Shown piece by piece: positions 56,787 to 64,000 of a stretch of 64,000 nt of DNA. The position numbers were made by a program, and so were the translations under genes. Position 1 is the stretch's first letter; every line of letters starts with the position of its first letter. This DNA comes from Sedimentisphaeraceae bacterium JB056. GTDB lineage: Bacteria > Planctomycetota > Phycisphaerae > Sedimentisphaerales > Sedimentisphaeraceae. The stretch spans positions 288,001 to 352,000 of the forward strand of contig JBITAJ010000022.1 of NCBI GenBank assembly GCA_044440125.1. The letters are read 5' to 3'. A model generated the notes under the pieces. That model made no database searches. It was not told the origin of the DNA and saw nothing but the letters and a program-made list of their open reading frames with translations.

Positions 56787-58693
56787 TGCAGAATCCACAC
56801 CTTACCGCTGCGGGCATTGAGTACTGGGAATTTTACAATATCACCATTCCCTTCAAATTTCTCACCGGAAAGTCTTTCAACAAAACTCCAGTTTCCCGTC
56901 AAACCCAGTTTAGAAGAATTCAATTCGACAGCAACATCCTTTTCACTGAAATTAAACACTCCTATCATTTTTTTACCGCTGGTATTTTTGAGCAGAAATA
57001 CATCTTCAGACGGATAATAATCCACCCATTTAACTACTTGTGAATTAGGCGGAAAATTTGACAAAAGAAGTTTTTCTCGTTGCTCGTCAAGCTCATCGAT
57101 CTTCTCGCTATGCATTGCCATACCGCCAGTAAACCAAACAAACTGCGACCAGCAGCTTGCCTCATTATCAGTCAGTCCATAAGCAGGTTCATCCTTAAAC
57201 TCGGGATTATCTTTTGCGAACATCTTCTTTTCCGGACCAGAACCGTAATCGCGGGTAATTATGCAATCGGCATCATTTTGCCACCAGCGACGGTGCATCC
57301 ATTGTCTCCAGTTAGACTGCAAGGCAGCGGCACGAATATTCAAGTTCCCAAGCGGCCAGTTCTTGGTATTTATTCGTAAATCCCATCTGGAAGACACATC
57401 ATAACCGACACGCATCGCATCACAAATGCCAACAGCCGGCCCCAAAGGACATCCGCAGCACAGAATATACCTCTTGCCTGCTACGCTTCGAATGGCTTCA
57501 AGGCCGCTGCGAAGCAAAGATGCAGTGGTTCTGGTATTATCGTATCTATCGCCTATCAAAACGGCATGAAGAAGAAAATCAATCTTTATATATTCAAACC
57601 CCCACTGATCGAAAACCCGTTTGAATGTTTCCTTAACGAACTCTATGGCTTCGGGATTGCTAAGGTCTAAACCGCAAACACCCCAGAATTCCAAGGGCTT
57701 ACCATCTTTTTGAACCAATAAATCCGGCCTGGTCCTGTACAAATTACTGGCCGTATCAACAGAGAACGGAGCAAGCCACAATCCCGGCACAAAACCTTTA
57801 CCCTTTATGCCGTCAGCAAGCTTTTTCATTCCATCAGGAAACATACCTCCGGCAAACCAGTCACCCCAAACTCTCGGGGCATCGGATGATGGCAGATTCC
57901 ATCCGTCATCGATTTGTATAACATTCACTTTACCTGCAAACTCAGAGTCTGCCATAGCGTTCACATTGTCCCAAATATCTTCTTCTGTTGCCTGATCATA
58001 GTAATAATACCAACTGCACCAACCTGTCTGCGGTTCACTGTCCCGGCAGCCCATTATTTTTGCGACTTCAGTAGAATAGCAATCCATCAACTTCGACATT
58101 GAATCACCGGCATACAAAAGCATTGCTGATATATCCAATTCACTGCCGCTATCAAGCTTTACACCTTCTCTTTCACAAACAGCGGATATGTCTTTTATGC
58201 CGTTTGCCATTTCAAAGTTAAGTTTGTAAAAGGCATCACCAAGGTATTCAAAACCCGCAACAACTGAAAAATCACCGTCATTTGAAGTAAAAGCAGCAAC
58301 CGAATATGAGCAATATTTTCCTGGCTCAGAGTTGAGCTTTGAAACACCAACCATATCCTTGCTGTTTACAAGATTCCTGTCTAAAACGGCCTGGAGTTCA
58401 ATAACAGAAGACTTCACAGGCACGACATTGTCAATAGAAATCGAATCAGAAGATTTATTGGCAACTTTAGTCTCAATCCTGAGACTACCGTCCTCTCTCT
58501 CAATAAAACGCTGTTCTAATGAAACAATATCCTCGAAATTAGAGCTAAGAACGTTATCTTTCAATTTCATCGAAACGATTTTCAACTCATGCCCATTTAC
58601 GTCAATAGAAGGCCTAACATCACAGAACTGAACATCCGTTTCGGTGTTATATACCCTTAATTCATTTTGTGTATTCTTTTTAATTTTCCACAT
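56783..58693 (-). CDS. GH36 alpha-galactosidase-like glycoside hydrolase
   Basis: GWCSWY, IQIDDGW, FPDGMK, GLWLAPF, YIKIDF, RVGYD, NDADC. Confidence 0.88.
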   Translation of the reverse strand: MWKIKKNTQNELRVYNTETDVQFCDVRPSIDVNGHELKIVSMKLKDNVLSSNFEDIVSLEQRFIEREDGSLRIETKVANKSSDSISIDNVVPVKSSVIELQAVLDRNLVNSKDMVGVSKLNSEPGKYCSYSVAAFTSNDGDFSVVAGFEYLGDAFYKLNFEMANGIKDISAVCEREGVKLDSGSELDISAMLLYAGDSMSKLMDCYSTEVAKIMGCRDSEPQTGWCSWYYYYDQATEEDIWDNVNAMADSEFAGKVNVIQIDDGWNLPSSDAPRVWGDWFAGGMFPDGMKKLADGIKGKGFVPGLWLAPFSVDTASNLYRTRPDLLVQKDGKPLEFWGVCGLDLSNPEAIEFVKETFKRVFDQWGFEYIKIDFLLHAVLIGDRYDNTRTTASLLRSGLEAIRSVAGKRYILCCGCPLGPAVGICDAMRVGYDVSSRWDLRINTKNWPLGNLNIRAAALQSNWRQWMHRRWWQNDADCIITRDYGSGPEKKMFAKDNPEFKDEPAYGLTDNEASCWSQFVWFTGGMAMHSEKIDELDEQREKLLLSNFPPNSQVVKWVDYYPSEDVFLLKNTSGKKMIGVFNFSEKDVAVELNSSKLGLTGNWSFVERLSGEKFEGNGDIVKFPVLNARSGKVWILQ

Positions 58694-58724
58694 ACTTCTC
58701 CAATCACAGCTTAAGTATTGACTC

Positions 58725-61700
58725 TTATTGCCACCATTGCTCTGCCATATAAAGCAGATCGTCTATATCAACAAAGCCATCAGTATTAACATCGGCACCC
58801 TCACAGAAACCATTGGTGACTATTGCAGGAGAATCGCCCCAATATTCTGAAATTCGAGAATAATCCATCATATCAACATCTCCATCCATATCCATATCGC
58901 TCAGCAGATCTTTTATTTCTGTAGTTCTCAGTTTAATGTAGTCATAATATATGGAATTAGACGATGTGCTTACAAGTTCAAATCGTACTCTTGCATTACC
59001 CAAATTACTGATAAAGGCTAAGTTTTCAAACTTATAGCTGCCAACAGAATATTCCTCGTCCACATTAAACTGCGTGAGCTGTTGCCAGCTACTTTGCTGA
59101 TAATTATACATTTCAAATATCAACACGCCTGAAACATCAGTCTTAGTCTGTATATCAAGCAATATTTCCTGACTATCACTGCTCATTGATGAAAAATCAA
59201 ATATTTTAATAATACTCTGCGACGGCGAATTTGACATAAACGCAATATAGTCATCAGGGTTGTAACAAGAACTGAAACAGAATTCCTTTTGCCTGAGCTT
59301 ATCAACATCGCCAACCAGCCAACTGCCGCTACTGACAGTGAAAGATTCCGGGTAATAGCTGGTTTCAGTTATACCGGATTGGGGATAGCCGAATTTCAGA
59401 TAATCTATCGCCAACTGGGAGCCGGGCATATCTGTGGGGTCTATACGAATCTGTGTTATCACACCTTTATATGATGCACAGGTGAACATATCAATATCAT
59501 ATCGGTGTAGTTGACCATCACTTACAATATCAAAGCTGACGCTTTTTTCCTCATTCCACAAAGTATCATTTTTCGTAACGAAGTAAAGTCTGCCGGTATT
59601 GCCTAAAGTGCTTGAATACCGAATGACAGCCATAGGATTAGCTGCCGCAACGACCCATGTATCCGGAGTATAAATATGCGGATCATAACCGCTGGAAGCC
59701 ATATTCAGGCTTCCGCCGCTAACGCTTTCAATATCAAGCTCTACCGGCCATCTCCAGTCCTCAAAGAAACCTTCAGTATTGAAGTGCCAGTAGTAAGTGA
59801 GGTCTTTAATTTGAGAATAAGGTAATTCGACTACATTATTCTTTGTAAAATTCTCAAAATAAGCTGGATTTGAATATATGCCGTCGGAACTCTGTGTGTA
59901 AAAGGTCAGGTTCTCAAAAGTACCCTGCTGCTGGTCATCCCATGCCGTCATCTCGTAGTTGTGTCCGCTCCAATGCAGTGCATCCTTGCAGTTATTAAAA
60001 AATACAGAATCTTTTATAAACAGGTTTTTATTCGGTCCACCGGTCCCAAGTATCAAGAGTGATTGTCCATCGCAATTATAAGCTACATTATTGCTGAAAA
60101 CGCAATTTTCGGTATCTCCCTCAAAGTCAAAGCCGCACCCATCAGCCGTTCCACCTTGCCTGCTTGTGCCACTGAACACGCAACTGTCTATGGTGAAGTT
60201 TTTGGATGTCTGCAGAATTCCCTGACAGGTACCTGTAGGCATAAAACCGGTCTCTCCATCATAGAAATAACATCTGGACATATGCCCACCATTTGTGTGG
60301 AAAATACCAAACCCATAACCTCCGGTATTCACACAGTCTTCTATTACAAGGTTTTTGATACGATTTCTGTATCGCGGCGGATAATACCAGTTTGCAAGGA
60401 ATCCGTGGGTAACATTAATCATGCGACAGTTTCTGATAGTAAGATTCTCAATAATATTCTGAGATACATTGAAGTTCCACAGCTTACCACCCACCATAAT
60501 TCCGGCATTAAATGAAAGCTCATAGTCGTAATATGCAGGATCCCAGTATTCTATCTGATTCATATCATAGAAATCACAATTCTCTATTACAACATTTTTA
60601 TTGTTTATAGCCTGATTATACCTGAGATATATACCAAGCTTGGCTTCACGACATTCAACATTATTGATATTCCAGTATTCAGGGCTCTCAAGAACAATAC
60701 ATTTACCATAATACTTATCACCCGCAATGATTTCAGGCTTATCACCAGTACCATAAGCAGAAAGTTCTATAGAATCATTGATATCACCATCACCCCAAAG
60801 ATGAAGCTGCCCTGTAAATGTATCACCTCGTTTGAGCAACACTTTATCGCCCGGCAAAAGACGTAGTTTATTTATATTATCAAAAGACTGCCATGGACTT
60901 TCTGAACTGAGACCATCATTACTGTCACTGCCTTCGGAACTGCTGATATAAAAGGTCGAAACGTCCGATCGCAGAATAGTTTGTTTTATCCTGCAGTTAT
61001 CGTAAGCGACACCTTGCCCGTTTAGCTGAATACGCAACAATTGGCCAATGTTTGAAGGATAAAACCAATTACCGAAGGTAGAAGTAAACTCTAAATGAAC
61101 ACTTCGCCAGGTATCTGCAACATACAGAGGATAGTTGTTCTGGTTAACCTCTGCTATTACAACCCAGTCACTTCCATTATAGTATACCAGTCGAACCTGA
61201 TACCAGCCGTAATTAAGTTCGCTTGAGATGGCAACATCAATATCAACTTCATACTTTGTCTGAGGATAGATACCGCCTTGAGTATAGTATTCCGCAGAGC
61301 CGTTTATAACACGGCAATAATTATCACCATCAGAAGGTTGAAGAGGCTCACTGGAAAGAGGATTCTTTATATCCGCACCATTACTCATCCAACCCGAGAA
61401 AGGGAATTCTACTGAATTATCTCCATCTGCCAATACATCGTATTCAAAGCTGCCGTTGAATACACCATCCCAACCAGGTTCATAACTGAAACGAACATTG
61501 TCAAAACATATATTTTGTCCGGTAAGCATAACCTGAAGATTCTTTCCGATAAGATCCTCTTGCTCAAAAGTACTGAGCTCAAGCACAACCGTTATCCAGC
61601 CGTTATTAGCAGGCCATTGATTAGTATGATTAACCTGATCAATAAACTCATTACCGCTCTGGCCCTCATAAACCAATGCGCATCGATACCAGTCTCCGCT

Positions 61701-62015
61701 TAGTGAATCAAAATCGCCTTCAATTCCAACATCAATCTGAAAAGTGTATTTCGAATCAGCCTGAATCGTTAAAACCGCCTGCTTTAACTGATTAAATCCA
61801 GTGCCGATACTGAGATAATTTTCTCCATCACTGGGCTGCAGCCCTGATTGAGAAGGTTTTTTAACCATGATGTTATCGGCGTATCCGGGCCAGTCTGTAA
61901 CAGGCGCAGAAACACTTGAATTATTCGGCAGGTTTTGAGATTCAAAACTGCTGTTACTAACTGTAGCGGCTAAACAAAAAGAGCAGCTTAATAGCAATGC
62001 GAATATCTTATTCAC
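58725..62015 (-). CDS. Secreted modular right-handed beta-helix enzyme with CBM-like domains and a two-repeat dockerin
   Basis: Two NxSFE CBM-like modules; FYISSSEGSDSNDG..PWQS...PGDKVLLKRG; DGCGFDFE; C-terminal DMDMDGDVD...ADVNTDGFVDIDDL...QW. Confidence 0.78.
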   Translation of the reverse strand: MNKIFALLLSCSFCLAATVSNSSFESQNLPNNSSVSAPVTDWPGYADNIMVKKPSQSGLQPSDGENYLSIGTGFNQLKQAVLTIQADSKYTFQIDVGIEGDFDSLSGDWYRCALVYEGQSGNEFIDQVNHTNQWPANNGWITVVLELSTFEQEDLIGKNLQVMLTGQNICFDNVRFSYEPGWDGVFNGSFEYDVLADGDNSVEFPFSGWMSNGADIKNPLSSEPLQPSDGDNYCRVINGSAEYYTQGGIYPQTKYEVDIDVAISSELNYGWYQVRLVYYNGSDWVVIAEVNQNNYPLYVADTWRSVHLEFTSTFGNWFYPSNIGQLLRIQLNGQGVAYDNCRIKQTILRSDVSTFYISSSEGSDSNDGLSSESPWQSFDNINKLRLLPGDKVLLKRGDTFTGQLHLWGDGDINDSIELSAYGTGDKPEIIAGDKYYGKCIVLESPEYWNINNVECREAKLGIYLRYNQAINNKNVVIENCDFYDMNQIEYWDPAYYDYELSFNAGIMVGGKLWNFNVSQNIIENLTIRNCRMINVTHGFLANWYYPPRYRNRIKNLVIEDCVNTGGYGFGIFHTNGGHMSRCYFYDGETGFMPTGTCQGILQTSKNFTIDSCVFSGTSRQGGTADGCGFDFEGDTENCVFSNNVAYNCDGQSLLILGTGGPNKNLFIKDSVFFNNCKDALHWSGHNYEMTAWDDQQQGTFENLTFYTQSSDGIYSNPAYFENFTKNNVVELPYSQIKDLTYYWHFNTEGFFEDWRWPVELDIESVSGGSLNMASSGYDPHIYTPDTWVVAAANPMAVIRYSSTLGNTGRLYFVTKNDTLWNEEKSVSFDIVSDGQLHRYDIDMFTCASYKGVITQIRIDPTDMPGSQLAIDYLKFGYPQSGITETSYYPESFTVSSGSWLVGDVDKLRQKEFCFSSCYNPDDYIAFMSNSPSQSIIKIFDFSSMSSDSQEILLDIQTKTDVSGVLIFEMYNYQQSSWQQLTQFNVDEEYSVGSYKFENLAFISNLGNARVRFELVSTSSNSIYYDYIKLRTTEIKDLLSDMDMDGDVDMMDYSRISEYWGDSPAIVTNGFCEGADVNTDGFVDIDDLLYMAEQWWQ

Positions 62016-62032
62016 TGTCAGAATTCCTATAA

Positions 62033-63109
62033 TTAATATTTACCGTATTTGATTGCCGCCTTATATGCCGCAACAACGTTCTCTTCAGGGGTATTGTCTT
62101 GTATCCAGTGCGTTGGAGCCATAATATATCCGCCGCCCGGCTTCATCGTCTCAATAGTTTCTTTCACGATCTGTTCGGTCTCTTCTGCCGTACCATAGGC
62201 CATTGGTCCTGCAGTGGAAATACAGCCGTTAAAAGCAAGCTTATCGCCATAATTTTCTTTGAGATATTCCGGCGACATATTTTCAGCCTCAGGCTGTAGC
62301 GTATCAGCTACCTTTATCCCCATCTCAATAAAATCATTAAACGCCCAACTGCTTGACCCGCAGCTATGTATCATTACGGGCAGGTCCCCATAAGCTTTTC
62401 CAATATCAACAAAACGCTGATGATTGGGACGTATATGCTTGCGGAATACATCCATACTTATCATTGGTGATTTCTGCGTACCAAGGTCCTCACCTATCCA
62501 CAGCATATCAACACCACCTTCGGCAGTTTCAAGCACCCTTCGCATTATTTCTGCCTGTATTGCCGACTTTCTTTCAAAATATTTCAAACCGGCAGGTTCA
62601 TCAGTAATAAGATCAATAAGTACCTGCTCCATAGTACGAATCATACCCGTACTGTTAATAACATCACCGAAGCCAGGATTGCCAAACACAATACAATAAT
62701 CCTTATACTTTTCGCATAACGGTTTTATTACACTGTAATCAAAATCGTCAGGTGATGGCATAGGCCAATTCTCCACCTCTTCAAGGGTTGCCTCTTTGAG
62801 CGGGAAATCACAGAAGTCTGAATAACCTCCGGATTCATTTTCCACCCATCTGGTATGAACACCCCACAACGGATCAACCGTAATGCCATCTATGGGCTGA
62901 TGAAGAATCTTACCGACATACGGCACATCAATATTACGAAAATCCACATTCAATGCCTGCAGAAGCAATTCATAATCATCACCTACGCCTAAATATTTAC
63001 GTAATCTCTTATCTATTTCAGGATTACAGCCGGTATAATTAATCGGAACTCTATCCGGTTCCACATGATTAATTGCGGCTAATGCTCTCTGTTTAGAATT
63101 CATTTGCAT
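62033..63109 (-). CDS. Uroporphyrinogen-decarboxylase/MtaA-like family protein
   Basis: MNSKQR..AINHVEPDRVP; EDLGTQ; HSCG; GGYIMAPTH.IQ..TP.EN. Confidence 0.88.
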   Translation of the reverse strand: MQMNSKQRALAAINHVEPDRVPINYTGCNPEIDKRLRKYLGVGDDYELLLQALNVDFRNIDVPYVGKILHQPIDGITVDPLWGVHTRWVENESGGYSDFCDFPLKEATLEEVENWPMPSPDDFDYSVIKPLCEKYKDYCIVFGNPGFGDVINSTGMIRTMEQVLIDLITDEPAGLKYFERKSAIQAEIMRRVLETAEGGVDMLWIGEDLGTQKSPMISMDVFRKHIRPNHQRFVDIGKAYGDLPVMIHSCGSSSWAFNDFIEMGIKVADTLQPEAENMSPEYLKENYGDKLAFNGCISTAGPMAYGTAEETEQIVKETIETMKPGGGYIMAPTHWIQDNTPEENVVAAYKAAIKYGKY

Positions 63110-63120
63110 CCCCGTTTATG

Positions 63121-64000
63121 TCAATCTTTAATTTCTACTGTTATGTTCTGAGGCTTGTCGATCAGTTCAATTTCATATTTCTGACCATCACCTTTAAATT
63201 TAAGTTCTAAAAATCTGCCTGCAAGCGGTACTTTGTAATCAAAGTTCTTAAAGTATCCTTTGATAGGCGGATCGATTACAACCTTACCTTTGTGAATTTG
63301 CGTAAAATCTATACCTAAAATATATTTTGGTATCGCATAACCGCAAACACCGCTCCATCCATGACAGGAAGATATAGGAACCCATGTCATTTCGTAAGTA
63401 GGCACATTTCCAAGGAAAGGATGCGGATAGACCCATTCGGGGGTATCAGGATCGAAAACTTCCCACCATGTAACAGCTCCTCTGTCGAGCATTCCTCCCC
63501 AATATCTGTAAACATGTTCAAGAATAAGATCATATCTACCTACGGCAGCCAATGCCTCGAAAACAATGAAATAGTAGGCAGGAGCAAAAGGCGGAGGAAA
63601 TTTATCAGTATCTGAAAGCTTGTCAAGGAGCGATTCAAGCTTTTCACCATCAACATATCCGCCGTATATCGCCGCTATATTACCCTGAAAAGTAGTTTTC
63701 TCAGAAAGTTTTCCATCAAAATAAGTATCCCGGTACAAACCGGTTTCAGCATCATAAAGCAAATTATTAAGACTCTTTTTATTAAGGTCTTTAGCTTCTT
63801 TTAACGAAGATGAATCTTTGCCGCATATTTCATATATTACGGCAATATCATCAAGATAGCGTGAATATACCGCATTGAGTATAACTGTTTTGCCAAGCTT
63901 GTCGATTTTATCGCTCCAGTCAAGAAACGGCGCACATTTTGCATCGTTTAACTGACTGTCCACCAAGCCGTCACTGTCCTTGTAAAGATCAATAAATGCC
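63121..64000 (-). CDS. GH78 alpha-L-rhamnosidase-like protein, C-terminal part; 5' end outside window
   Basis: FLDW, YWGGMLDRGAVTWWE, SSCHGWSG; frame is open to the window edge. Confidence 0.82.
   Translation of the reverse strand, partial: AFIDLYKDSDGLVDSQLNDAKCAPFLDWSDKIDKLGKTVILNAVYSRYLDDIAVIYEICGKDSSSLKEAKDLNKKSLNNLLYDAETGLYRDTYFDGKLSEKTTFQGNIAAIYGGYVDGEKLESLLDKLSDTDKFPPPFAPAYYFIVFEALAAVGRYDLILEHVYRYWGGMLDRGAVTWWEVFDPDTPEWVYPHPFLGNVPTYEMTWVPISSCHGWSGVCGYAIPKYILGIDFTQIHKGKVVIDPPIKGYFKNFDYKVPLAGRFLELKFKGDGQKYEIELIDKPQNITVEIKD

Noticed and set aside
725..63615. Many 60-220 aa ORFs overlapping the long genes (e.g. 17878-18537, 23261-23773, 56127-56762)
   Set aside because: Antisense or out-of-frame shadows of well-supported CDSs, with no recognisable motifs.

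Overview
This 64 kb window is almost entirely accessory carbohydrate-utilisation genes. Prepilin/H-X9-DG proteins, dockerin-like C-terminal tags, sulfatases and LamG proteins suggest a Planctomycetota (probably Phycisphaerae) genome; that assignment is an inference. Block 1 (1-6.6 kb): a LacI regulator divergent from a pseudopilin-headed operon with LamG, CBM9-like and alginate-lyase-like proteins. Block 2 (7-35.6 kb): tandem XylR-type regulators divergent from a second pseudopilin-headed ~22 kb minus-strand gene run (five paralogous Asp-box beta-propeller proteins, two GH2, GH130, two sulfatases, a DHDPS-family aldolase, a DUF3748-like protein), facing an FG-GAP protein and an SGNH esterase. 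This block is bracketed by two decayed copies of one IS. Block 3 (35.7-64 kb) begins at a tRNA-Arg(TCT) 3'-half att-like scar: a LacI locus with four CehA/McbA-like PHP metallohydrolases, two amidohydrolases, a CN-hydrolase fusion, a GPH transporter, GH36, GH78, a beta-helix/dockerin protein and a URO-D-family protein. I saw no rRNA, intact tRNA, CRISPR array or intact transposase/integrase. All product calls come from motif recognition by eye, with no database searches.
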